The position numbers and the translations under genes are program-made. A model generated the notes under the pieces. It was given only the letters and a program-made list of their open reading frames with translations. It searched no databases and had not been told where the DNA came from. From the sequence record PV231353.1: 64,000 nt of DNA; one strand, given 5' to 3'. Every line of letters starts with the position of its first letter. Position 1 is the first letter of the stretch. Of the stretch, positions 18,004-27,141 are shown piece by piece.

Positions 18004-20731
18004 GCTACTATCCGATCGAGGACCGCGCCAAGGCCCGGTCCGTCGTCAAGAACCTGCTGGACCTTCAGCGCGAGGCGGTCAAGGCCTCGCGCGGCGGCCT
18101 GATCCTGCCGCCCGACCAGAAGGCGATCATCACCCAGGTCACCGAGACCGAGGACCCGGCCCGCTGGGTCGACCTCCTGGGTCAGTTCGCCGATCGCGTC
18201 CAGACCGATCACCTCGCCCGGCTCAAGCCCCTGGCCAAGCACGACTTCAACGCCTTCTGCGAATACGTCAACCCCGAGGAGGCCCCGGCCTCCAAGTGGC
18301 ACGTCTACCTGACCTCGCTCCTCCAGGAGATCGAGAACAACCACGAGCTTGAGCGCTTCGTGCTCAACTGCCCGCCCGGTCACGCCAAGCCGCTCGACGT
18401 CGACACCGAGGTCCTGATGGCCGACGGGTCCTGGAAGCGCCTGGGCGACATCGAGGTCGGCGAATACGTGGTCGGCGAGAGCGGCGCGCGCTGCAAGGTC
18501 ACCGCCGTCCACGAGCAGGGCGAGCTTGCCACCCTGAAGATCACCACCGCCCACGGCCGCCAGATCATCGCCGCCCCCGATCACGCCTTCCGGGTCGGAA
18601 ACACCTGGAAGGAGGCGGGCAAGCTGCGGCCGGGCGATGCGCTGTCCGTGGTCGGCGCCGCCAACCTCAACTACGACGCCAGCGGCAAGACCATCGACCA
18701 CTTCGAGCTTGCCGCCTACCTCCAGGCCAAGGGCGGACGCTCCTACTTCCACCGCATCCACAAGAGCGGGCCGAAGACCTACCGCAACGTCTTCCTGTGG
18801 ACCTCCGACCACCGCGAGGCCAGCAAGATCAGCGCCTGCCTCAAGCGCCTGGGGATCGCCTTCAAGGGGCGCCTCGCCAAGCACGAGCAGGTCTGGAAGA
18901 TGCGGCTCGCCACCGAATGGGGCGACGCCCTGGCCGAGGAGTACGGCCTGGACGCGCGGATCGACGCGCGCCGGGTTCCGGCCTTTGTCACGAAAGGCGA
19001 CGAGGAGCAGATCGCCCGCTACCTGTCGACCTACACCTCTCTGGCCGGCGAGGCGCCCGACCGCTACACCATCCCGCGCATCATTCTCTACTTCAAGAAC
19101 CCGGCCTTCGCCCGCGACATCCAGCGCCTGTTCGCCGTGGTCGGCGTCAACGCCCGCATCGAGGGGCGCAAGACCGGCCGCACCCGGCTGATCCTGTCGG
19201 GGCCGGACCTGGAGGCCTACTTCGCCGCCGGCCTGACCTACACCGGCCCCAACGCCGACAAGCTCGACGACAAGCGCGCGGCCTTCCCGACCTCGCCCTC
19301 GCTCCTGGCCGACACCGTCACCTGGATCGAGCCGCACGGCGTGCGCCCCTGCCGCTGCCTGACCGTCGAGGACGAGCACACCTTCATCGCCGAAGGCGTG
19401 GTGGTCCACAACTCGACCTACGCCTCGCGCCTGTTCGTGGCGTGGCGCCTGGGGCGCGATCCGCGCCAGAAGATCATCGGCGGCGGCCACTCCCAGCGCT
19501 TCGTCGAGAACGAGTTCTCCGGCAAGATCTGCAACCTCGTGCGCACCCCGCAATATCGCGACGTCTTCCCCGACGTGGTCATCGACCACGCCACCTCGGC
19601 CAAGGACATGTGGGCGATCGCCGGGCACGGCGGGCAGTACGCCGCCAAGGGCGCCGGGCAGGCCATCCACGGTCTGCGCGCCCACTTCGTCTGCGTCGAC
19701 GACCCCTACCGGTCGATCGAAGTGGCCGAGTCCGCGATCGAGCGCGAGAAGATCAAGACGTGGTTCTTTGGTGACGTTGGCTCGCGTTTGTTGCCGCTCG
19801 CCAAAGTATTCCTCATCATGACGCGCTTCCACGAGGAAGATTTGACCGGGGAGATCATCAAACTCAACCAAGAAGTTCTCACCGGCGCCGACCGTTATCA
19901 CATCGTTGAAGCGCCCGCCCTGTGCTACGACCCCGAGAACGACGTCCTGGGCAGGGCTCTGGGCGAAGTTTTGTGGGACTACTATGACTTGCATTATTTC
20001 AAGCGCAAGCGGTCCGAGTGGAAGTACCAAAGATTTGCTTTGGTTTATCAACAACTTGCCGACGCGGCCTCGGACACCTCCATCGCGTCCAAGTTTCAGA
20101 CCTACGATCACCTCCCCCACCTGGAGCCGAAGGTGCTCAAGGCCCGGCTTGACGCGGGTCACGCCGACGAGCGCGGGCGGCCGATTCCGGACCGCAAGGA
20201 GCACTTCCGCCGGGTGGTGGTGAGCGTCGACTCGGCCAACAAGCCGGGGGCGCGGAACGACTACAGCGTGGCCCAGGTCTGGGGGAGACCCACGCTCGCA
20301 AGCACTACCTGATCTACCAGGAGCGCAAGAAGGTCGACATCACCGGCCTGACCGAGATGATCGAGCGGATCGCCAAGCGCTACGAGGTCGACGCCATCCT
20401 GGTCGAAGACAAGGGCAACGGCACCGCCTACATCCAGGCGCGGGGCCAGACCGACAGCCAGCGCCGGCTTGCCCCGGCCCCGATCGAGGCGATCCAGGTC
20501 CCGAGCACCTATTCCAAGGAGTTCCGCTTCAACGAGATCGTCCCGATGATCGAGGCCGGCGAGGTCTTCCTGCCGGGCAAGGCCCCGTGGCTCGACCTGC
20601 TGATCCGCGAAATCGGTCAGTTCCCCGAAGGCGCCCATGACGACCAAGTCGACGCCATGACGCAGTACCTCCGCTGGGCCAAGTCCAAGCGCACGCGGTT
20701 CGGCGCGCGCAAGGTCGGCTCGATGGGCTGA
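18000..20731 (+). CDS. terL: terminase large subunit with intein (apparent frameshift in G-run near 20285)
   Basis: Walker A PPGHAK|ST split by intein; IHGLRAHFVCVDDP Walker B; MTRFHEEDL; nuclease domain SVDSA...VEDKGNG...HDDQVDAMTQ. Confidence 0.95.
18390..19412 (+). mobile_element. 341-aa intein, class-3 type, with degenerate LAGLIDADG region
   Basis: PLDVDTEVLMADG...; block B DHAF; block F CRCLTV; ends VVVHN|S. Confidence 0.9.
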
Positions 20732-20802
20732 CGAGGCCCGTTAACCATGTTTGTTAACCTCCGCCGGGGCCTTAACCCTAACACGGCGAGGGTTAACAGG
20801 CC

Positions 20803-20959
20803 AGGGACCCTTCGAAATTAACCCTTCGGGGACCCTGGGAAATCGACAGACGGGGACCCTGGCCATTTTCCGGCTGGGGACCCTGCCAAATTCATCGCCG
20901 GGGACCCTCCGAAATTCATCTCTGGGGACCCTGGCGAATTCAGAGCCGGGGACCCTGGC
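20803..20959. repeat. 24-bp-period array of GGGGACCCT (7 copies)
   Basis: Cores at 20804, 20828, 20852, 20876, 20900, 20924, 20948. Confidence 0.9.
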
Positions 20960-20964
20960 GAATC

Positions 20965-21168
20965 ATGGAGCCGACGATGGCCGGATTTCTCAACCTGATC
21001 CCGAACCTCGCGCCGTTCGCGCTTTGGGGCGTCCTCCTCTGGATCGCCGCCGAGGTGGTCTGGAGCGTCTGCCTCTGGGTCTATGGCCTGCGGACCCTGT
21101 TCAAGCTGCACCGCGACGATCTGGCCGAGGCGATCAGCTTCGAGCGGGCGCTCAGCCCCTTCGACTAG
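20965..21168 (+). CDS. small membrane protein
   Basis: One long hydrophobic segment. Confidence 0.6.
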   Translation: MEPTMAGFLNLIPNLAPFALWGVLLWIAAEVVWSVCLWVYGLRTLFKLHRDDLAEAISFERALSPFD

Positions 21169-21184
21169 GCGCGGCCTGCCGACC

Positions 21185-21211
21185 TAAGTCACGGACTGTA
21201 GGTTTCGTGAC
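21185..21211. promoter_or_regulatory. AAGTCAY-N14-RTGAY palindromic site (copy 1 of 6)
   Basis: GTCAC-14-GTGAC; other copies at 21494, 30000, 51941, 52081, 58012. Confidence 0.7.
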
Positions 21212-21251
21212 AAGGTAGAATATTCCACAGCAAATTCAAAGGCTTATAGCC

Positions 21252-21488
21252 ATGCTGATCCACCGTCTCTTCCACGATCTGACCGTCCGTATCGTCGTTT
21301 TGGGGTGGATTTATGCCAAAAAGCCCCGAAAAACCGCTCCAAAAGGGCATAATTTTCAGCCGAATCCGCCGGCCCAGGCCGTCCAGTGGTACGGCGACGT
21401 GGTGCGCTCGTTCCTCGAATCGCTTGAGGCGCTCAAGCCGGCGCTCACGAAACGCGGCTGGCGTCAAGCCATCTCGACCACCGCCTGA
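21252..21488 (+). CDS. hypothetical protein
   Basis: 78 aa, weak SD. Confidence 0.5.
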   Translation: MLIHRLFHDLTVRIVVLGWIYAKKPRKTAPKGHNFQPNPPAQAVQWYGDVVRSFLESLEALKPALTKRGWRQAISTTA

Positions 21489-21561
21489 CCTAAGTCATAG
21501 ACCGTGGGCTTCGTGACAGGATCACGCTTTCGTTACCGCTCCAGCCCTTGTGAGGCCTCGG

Positions 21562-21666
21562 ATGTTCGCCTTTCTCCGCCGGCTCAGCCTCGCCGCCGTC
21601 CATGGCGCGCTCTGGGCGATCCTGCTGGCGATGGTCGCCGTGGGCGGGCCGCGCCGCGCGCCCTAA
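21562..21666 (+). CDS. 34-aa hydrophobic peptide
   Basis: GAGG SD; MFAFLRRLSLAAVHGALWAILLAMVAVGGPRRAP. Confidence 0.5.
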   Translation: MFAFLRRLSLAAVHGALWAILLAMVAVGGPRRAP

Positions 21667-21718
21667 AGCGCCATATCTGACGCATAAGGCCCTCTAAGGC
21701 CTCATCTGTGAGACATTC

Positions 21719-21754
21719 AACGCCCTCGTGTTCCTCTGAACGCGGGGGCGTTTT
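21719..21754 (+). terminator. intrinsic terminator
   Basis: AACGCCCTCGTGTTC-CTCT-GAACGCGGGGGCGTT then TT. Confidence 0.6.
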
Positions 21755-21862
21755 GACGTCGGCGCGTTTTCGACTTGACGCGCGAGCGTTTTGACGCGGG
21801 CGCATTTTTGATCTCGACGGGCGAGCGTTTTGACGTCCGCGCATTTTTCAACTTGACGTCGT
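21748..21862. repeat. three 38-39-bp tandem repeats rich in TTGACG
   Basis: GCGTTTTGACG units at 21748, 21786, 21825. Confidence 0.85.
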
Positions 21863-21881
21863 TTCATTTACCGGGAGCGCC

Positions 21882-22132
21882 TTAGGGTTAACGCCGGCCG
21901 CCGAGCCCTGGGGCGATTTACCACCGCCACGTTAACCTAACGCCTGTTAACCTATCGGTTGTTAAGGTTAACGCCCCGTTAGGGTTAACGCCCCTTAACC
22001 CTGCCCGCGTTAAGGTTAACACCCCGTTAAGGTTAACGCCGGGCGCGCCCAGGCCCTACCGGGCCATACCGGGTATGACCGGCCCTACCCGGCCCTACCG
22101 GTTAGGGTTAACGCCCCGTTAGGGTTAACGCC
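21882..22132. repeat. GTTAAC / CtrA-site cluster with 17-bp unit GTTA(A/G)GGTTAACGCCCC
   Basis: Nine GTTAAC; TTAA-N7-TTAA at 22016; TTAA-N7-TTAG at 21968 and 22108. Confidence 0.85.
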
Positions 22133-22137
22133 CGGCG

Positions 22138-22244
22138 AGCGCCCAGCCCCGCCGTAGCGCCCCTACGGTTCGAAGAGCCCAGCCCAGCCGGGTCCCGCCC
22201 GGCGACCCCTACACCCTAGAGGCTATTTCTTAACAAGAGGTAAA
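22138..22244 (-). ncRNA. candidate sRNA 1 from a leftward CtrA-type promoter
   Basis: Minus-strand TTTA-N7-TTAA-N11-TAGGGT; 54-nt core shared with 24102-24155. Confidence 0.45.
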
Positions 22245-22273
22245 CGCGAAAAAGATTCTGCGGCGGCGCGGCG

Positions 22274-22352
22274 TTTACTTTTTGTTAAGACTTTGCGCCC
22301 ATAGTCCCCCTTGTCCCCGCCGCATCCCGCGCCGGGCAAGGAGCTTCCCGCC
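22274..22352 (+). promoter_or_regulatory. CtrA-box early promoter and hairpin leader (first of 12 forward copies)
   Basis: TTTA-N7-TTAA-N11-CATAGT; other boxes at 22563, 23659, 24236, 24697, 25275, 25868, 27062, 28217, 30181, 30770, 31243. Confidence 0.8.
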
Positions 22353-22538
22353 ATGATCCCCGACTCGATCATGAACCCCCGCGACCATTTCCACCGTCTG
22401 CGCGAGGAAACCGCCCGCGCTCTGGTCGAGGCCTTCGCCGAAACCGACCCCGGCGAGGATTACCGCGCCGAAGAGAAGGCCGGCGCTTGGGTTGTCGCCT
22501 ATTACGACGCGGCGGGCGAATTCGTCGCCTATCTCTAA
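22353..22538 (+). CDS. early hypothetical protein
   Basis: AAGGAG SD behind CtrA promoter. Confidence 0.75.
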   Translation: MIPDSIMNPRDHFHRLREETARALVEAFAETDPGEDYRAEEKAGAWVVAYYDAAGEFVAYL

Positions 22539-22637
22539 CCGCCTTCGCCCCCTGGCGCCGCGTTAACGGTTTGTTAACATGTTGGCGCCAGGGTCGCCCT
22601 AGCCCGGCGCGTCGCCGCGCCTTCGGAGAAAAACGCC

Positions 22638-23441
22638 ATGCTCTACACCCCCGCCGCCCGCCGCCTTCGCGGCTATCGCGAAACCGCCGCGAAGAACGCC
22701 GAAATTCACGCCCGCCCGCACATGGCCGACAACGTCGCCGGCTACAACGAGTCGGTGTGGCCGACGACGGCGCTAGGCGTCGCCGCCAAGGCCGGCGCCT
22801 TCAAGCGCCCCGAAACCGCTGGCAACTGGTCGGAAGATCGCAAAGCCTATTACGCCCCCGCGTGGCCGGCCGGCTGGCGCGTGCTAGGCACGGCGCAAGA
22901 GGTTTGCCACAAGGAAGGATCGCGCCGGGTCGACCATTCCGGATGGTACACGACGCCCGACGACTACAGCGCCACGCTTTCGGGCTATGTGCTGCAAATC
23001 CCCGCCCGCGACGGCCGCCCGCAATACGTCGCCGGGACCGCCCATAGTGAATGGGACGGGGTGACCCTCTATCCCGCCGACCGCTACGACAACCCGCTTG
23101 ACGCGGCGAGCGCCGCCGACCGTCACGCCGAACGCGACGCCGAAGAGGAACGCGAATATCAAACCGCGTGGCAAGCGGGCGTGCGCTACGCCGAACTCGG
23201 AGCCGAAGCCAAGGAGGCCCGCAAGGAAGCGCTGGCGATCCTCGCCGAACGCCGCAAGGTCAAGGGGCTGGAAACCCCCGCCTTGTGCGGCGCGATCCGG
23301 GCGCAGGTCGAGGCCCTGCTAAGCCGGATCGAAGAGGCGCGCGCCTCGCGCGCCAAGCTCAAGGAAGGCGAGGACTCGCGCCTCATGTTCTACCCGTCCG
23401 CCGCCATGGTCGCGGCCTTCAATGACGGCGCGGCGTCGTGA
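22638..23441 (+). CDS. early hypothetical protein
   Basis: GWY...GYVLQIP...Y.AG...AAD..AE..AEEEREY. Confidence 0.8.
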   Translation: MLYTPAARRLRGYRETAAKNAEIHARPHMADNVAGYNESVWPTTALGVAAKAGAFKRPETAGNWSEDRKAYYAPAWPAGWRVLGTAQEVCHKEGSRRVDHSGWYTTPDDYSATLSGYVLQIPARDGRPQYVAGTAHSEWDGVTLYPADRYDNPLDAASAADRHAERDAEEEREYQTAWQAGVRYAELGAEAKEARKEALAILAERRKVKGLETPALCGAIRAQVEALLSRIEEARASRAKLKEGEDSRLMFYPSAAMVAAFNDGAAS

Positions 23442-23628
23442 AGGTCGCCCGCGATAGCTTCGCCGTGTTCTGGACCCTCCCGCAAGGCGGGGTCAATTTC
23501 ATGCAGACATGAAACGGGCGCTCTACCCGACCGCCCGCGACGCCGCCCGCGCCTTCCGCGCCATGTTCCCCCGTGACCGGGTCAAGAGCGTCCGCGACGC
23601 GTCCGGGCGGTTTCTCGCCTTCCGCTAG
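23438..23628 (+). CDS. small early protein (apparent frameshift near 23500)
   Basis: VKVARDSFAVFW...NF joins (H)ADMKRALYPTAR...FR*. Confidence 0.5.
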
Positions 23629-23737
23629 GCCAGAGCGCCCCGGACCTTTTCCGGGGCGTTTACTCTTTGTTAAGACTTTGAGCCCATAGTCCCCTTGTCG
23701 CCGGGCAATCCCGCCCGGCGCTTTGTAGGATCGCCCC

Positions 23738-24031
23738 ATGTCGCACGTCTACGACATAGAATATACCGACACTTTCGCGGGGGAGGCTAATTATTCATGG
23801 ATTCGCCGCGCGGCCGTGACCATGCCGGAATTGACCCATTATGGGTACGATGGCGGGTCTAACTACGCCAAGGCTAACCGCGTATTTAACCGCGAACTCA
23901 TGAGGCGCGCCAAGGCCGCCATGGGCTTGACGGGGGTGCGCGGCGTCTCCGCCGCGCATGGCGACAATCTCGAATTTCGCCCGCACCGGTCCGCGACAAT
24001 CCTTTTTGTGACCTACCGCGACGCGGACTAG
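23738..24031 (+). CDS. early conserved phage protein
   Basis: YTDTFAGEANYSWIRR...EFRP. Confidence 0.8.
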   Translation: MSHVYDIEYTDTFAGEANYSWIRRAAVTMPELTHYGYDGGSNYAKANRVFNRELMRRAKAAMGLTGVRGVSAAHGDNLEFRPHRSATILFVTYRDAD

Positions 24032-24101
24032 GCCAGAGCCCGGCGCCGTCCCTTGGCGCCGGGCGTCACGCTTGCCGGACGCGTTAACCATGTTTTTGAA
24101 A

Positions 24102-24206
24102 AGCGCCCAGCCCCGCCGTAGCGCCCCTACGGTTCGAAGAGCCCGGCCCAGCCGGCTCCGCCGGCTACGGGATCAATCTAGCGCCAAAGTCTTAACAAGA
24201 GGTAAA
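24102..24206 (-). ncRNA. candidate sRNA 2 from a leftward CtrA-type promoter
   Basis: Minus-strand TTTA-N7-TTAA-N11-TAGATT; shared 54-nt core. Confidence 0.45.
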
Positions 24207-24315
24207 CGCCAGCGCCCGGCGATATCTTTTTCACGTTTACGTTTTGTTAAGACTTTGGCGGATAGTGTTCCCTTGCCGCCGGGCAATCCCGCCCCGCCGC
24301 TTGGAGCTTGCCGAC

Positions 24316-24699
24316 ATGGGGAAAACCCTGTTCCGCGAAATGGCCAAGGTCGCCGCCCCGGTGATCACCGCCTATCATGCCGACCTAGAAATTCATGACC
24401 GCAAGGTCATTGAAGGCCTGAAGGCCGGTGACGTCATCCTTTGGGCGCCCGACAAGGCCGGGACGACTCTTATCGTCCTGGCCCGCCAAGGCCGCCCCAA
24501 TCACCGCGCCGCCGAACACTTCGAGGCCGCCCAATGTCGCCAGCCCCCGGCGTGGTATCTGGCCAGCGTGTCGCACAATGGCGAGGCCGGGCAATGGCAA
24601 TTTGGCCCCGCCCCGGACGCCCCCGCCATCGTCGCCCGCTGGGCGGAGCAAGCCGCCCGCGATACCGCCCCGGACCCGGTGCGCGAGCTTCACCTGTAA
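24316..24699 (+). CDS. early hypothetical protein
   Basis: GGAG SD behind CtrA promoter. Confidence 0.75.
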   Translation: MGKTLFREMAKVAAPVITAYHADLEIHDRKVIEGLKAGDVILWAPDKAGTTLIVLARQGRPNHRAAEHFEAAQCRQPPAWYLASVSHNGEAGQWQFGPAPDAPAIVARWAEQAARDTAPDPVRELHL

Positions 24700-24759
24700 A
24701 CCTTTTGTTAAGGCCTCGCCGCTACGGTGGCGAGGTCAAACAACCAAGGAGCGCCGACC

Positions 24760-24957
24760 ATGGCCCCGCGAGGCGATACAGGCGAAGCCATGACCAAGGT
24801 CATAAGCCTAGACCTAGACAAGGCCACGGCCGAAGCCGTGAGCGAAGCGCTCGCCCATGTCTGGCGTGAAATATACGATCGCGAGCGCCGGGGCCAGGGC
24901 GGCAAGCTTCGCGCCGTGCTGGACAAGCTCAACACCGTTACCGACGCCCGCCGCTAA
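24760..24957 (+). CDS. early hypothetical protein
   Basis: AAGGAG SD. Confidence 0.65.
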   Translation: MAPRGDTGEAMTKVISLDLDKATAEAVSEALAHVWREIYDRERRGQGGKLRAVLDKLNTVTDARR

Positions 24958-24970
24958 AGGAGTCCAAGCC

Positions 24971-25243
24971 ATGCGCTACAACGTCAACGGGACCGGTTTT
25001 AAGGGCGGCTCCGCCCCGGCCGTCCCCGCCCAAGGCCTGACCGGTCACGCCGACGCCGCCGGCCTTTGGGTTCCCTCGCGCGAGCATATCGCCGCCATGC
25101 TCCCGCAACGCTGGCGCCACGCCTTCGCCCGCGCTTCGTTTTGGTATGACGCCCGCGACAACAAAAAGCCGTGCCGCGCCGACCTCTACGACTCGCGCGG
25201 CCGGTACCTGACTCAGGTCTGGGCGCATCCGGTTTTCAGCTAG
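24971..25243 (+). CDS. early hypothetical protein
   Basis: AAGGAG SD; FWYD...PCRADLY. Confidence 0.75.
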   Translation: MRYNVNGTGFKGGSAPAVPAQGLTGHADAAGLWVPSREHIAAMLPQRWRHAFARASFWYDARDNKKPCRADLYDSRGRYLTQVWAHPVFS

Positions 25244-25355
25244 GCCAGGACGCCCCGGAAAATCTTCCGGGGCGTTTACCTTTTGTTAACCTCTGGCCTC
25301 TAGGGTGACTTTCGCCGCCGGGCAATCCCGCCCGCCGCTTCGGAGTTTCGGCCCC

Positions 25356-25871
25356 ATGCCGCAATTCGTTCTTGATACCTCCGGCCAAGTCGCCCCGCCC
25401 GCTTCGGCCAAGCTTTGGCCGCATCCGCTGCGCTGGAATCAACTGAGCCCCTTCGCCCAAGGCTATATCGAGGCCCTGTTTTTCACTGAAAGCGCGCCGG
25501 GCGTGACCTCGCGCCAGTTCATGACCAAGGCCTATCAAAAGCGCCTCGAAAGCGGCGAGGCGGACGGCGCCTTGCCGGGCGACGTCGGCTTTTCCGACCT
25601 CGCGCCCGACACTCTCAACGCGATCTTGAACGATTGCGGGCGCTTCCAACGCGACAACGCCGACGCCCTGGCCAAGGCCTATGACCACGGGGGCGACTCG
25701 GGCGACTACGACGAGGCCGCCGCCGGCCGGGATTATTGGTACACCCGCAACGGCCATGGCGTCGGGTTTTGGGATCGCGGACTCGGCGAGATTGGCGAGG
25801 CCCTGGCCAGCGCCGCCCGCTACAGCGAACGTTACGCGACGTTTTACAACGGTAAAGTTCACCTCGATTAA
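25356..25871 (+). CDS. early conserved phage protein
   Basis: GYIEALFFT...DC..F...AGRDYWYTRNGHGVGFWDR. Confidence 0.8.
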   Translation: MPQFVLDTSGQVAPPASAKLWPHPLRWNQLSPFAQGYIEALFFTESAPGVTSRQFMTKAYQKRLESGEADGALPGDVGFSDLAPDTLNAILNDCGRFQRDNADALAKAYDHGGDSGDYDEAAAGRDYWYTRNGHGVGFWDRGLGEIGEALASAARYSERYATFYNGKVHLD

Positions 25872-25954
25872 GCTTTTGTTAAGACTTGTCCTCTAGGTTT
25901 GACTTCGCCGCCGGGCAATCCCGCCCGGCGGTCCTCTTCTCAGGATCGCCCCTT

Positions 25955-27006
25955 ATGACCTCTCATTCCATGGTTGCGCACCGTTGGGCGCAGGACGACG
26001 AGAACGGCCGCACCGCGCGCGGCTTCAACATGTATTTCGAGCGCTACGGGCGCGGCGCCGACCGCGTCAACGTGATTTTTCCTACGGGACTCACTTCCCG
26101 GCCGCCGCCTTCGTGACCGACGCGCACGGCCGCCGCGTGGTTCTCTACACGACGCACCGCCGGAGCATTTCGACCGCGAAACACCTTTCCCACATCCGCC
26201 ACGCGATTCCGTCGGGCGTGCCGGTGTTTTCCGTGCCGAACGTGTCGCGGATGCACAAGCCGGGCGGCGCGGGCGACTTCCACGGGGACAACCTGCGCGC
26301 CTATATCGAGAGCGCCGCCGGCCTCGCCGAAAAGGCCAAGCGCGCCCGCGTCAACGGCCCTTGGCTGCTTAGCCAAGCCCGCGACCAACTCGCCGAAGCC
26401 GCCCGTTACGCCGACGCCTTCAAGGTCAAGGGCTTCAAGGTTCCGGCCTTGGAAGACGTCGCCGGCCAATGGGCGAAGATGACGGCCGCCAAGGCGCGGG
26501 CCGAAGCCAAGGCCCGCAAGGAAGCCGAAAAGGCCGCCCGCGAACGCCGCGAAGCCGAACGGATCGCCGACGCCGAAGCCTTCGCCGCATGGATGCGCGG
26601 CGAGCGCCAGAGCGCCCCGTTTAGCTACCGGGTGCGCGATGACGGGACCGTCTATCTTCGCCGTTTCCGGGGCGTGGTCCGCGACCTGCGCAGCCAAGCG
26701 CGCGACGGCTCGCGCGTCGATGAGCTGCAAACCTCGCAAGGCGCGGCCGTGCCGTGGGAACACGCGGTCAAGGCCTTCCGGTTCATTAAGCTTTGCCGCG
26801 AACGCGGCGAGAGCTTCCACCGCAACGGCCGGGTGATCCGCGTTGGTCACTTCCAAGTTGACGCGATCGGCGCCAACGGGGACATGACGGCCGGGTGCCA
26901 CCGGTTCGCGTGGGATGAAATTGAACGCCTCGCCAGGGCCGAAGGGGTTTTCGACCTCCCCGCCGACGCCGGCGCCGTCGAAACCCGGCAAGCCGAACCG
27001 GCCTAA
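25955..27006 (+). CDS. early hypothetical protein (apparent frameshift in T-run near 26078)
   Basis: MTSHSMVAH.WA...IF joins SYGTHF...; C-terminal TSQGA.VP...GHFQVD.I..NGD..AGCH. Confidence 0.75.
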
Positions 27007-27141
27007 GCCCGCCCGACCCTCCAGCGCCCCGGCTCCCCGCCGGGGCGCTTTCGTGTACGCGGTAACCTTTTGTTAACTTCTGGCCTCTAGGGTGACTTTC
27101 GCCGCCGGGCAATCCCGCCCGCCGGCCAAGGATCGCAGACC

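Noticed and set aside
17763-20204. 813-aa minus-strand ORF (also 39971-41827, 52166-53656, 53696-55345, 58063-62910)
   Set aside because: Codon-aligned antisense shadows of GC3-rich plus-strand genes; no SD and no recognisable motifs
20270-20320. Programmed frameshift or split terminase
   Set aside because: Extra G in a run with no slippery heptamer or stimulator, and about 20 similar indels elsewhere; more likely error
20803-20959. CRISPR array
   Set aside because: 9-bp core with ~15-bp related spacers is far below CRISPR dimensions; no cas genes or leader
20751-21218. ORF with GTL octapeptide repeats
   Set aside because: Conservation is at the nucleotide level, including the rarely used GGG codon, and the rest of the ORF is non-coding-like; read as a DNA repeat array
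22160-22185. tRNA suggested by GGTTCGAA (also 24131)
   Set aside because: No T-stem pairing, acceptor stem or anticodon arm; no tRNA found anywhere in the window
23795-24091. Minus-strand ORF as the product of the leftward promoter
   Set aside because: No SD, crosses a terminator hairpin and is antisense to a well-supported gene
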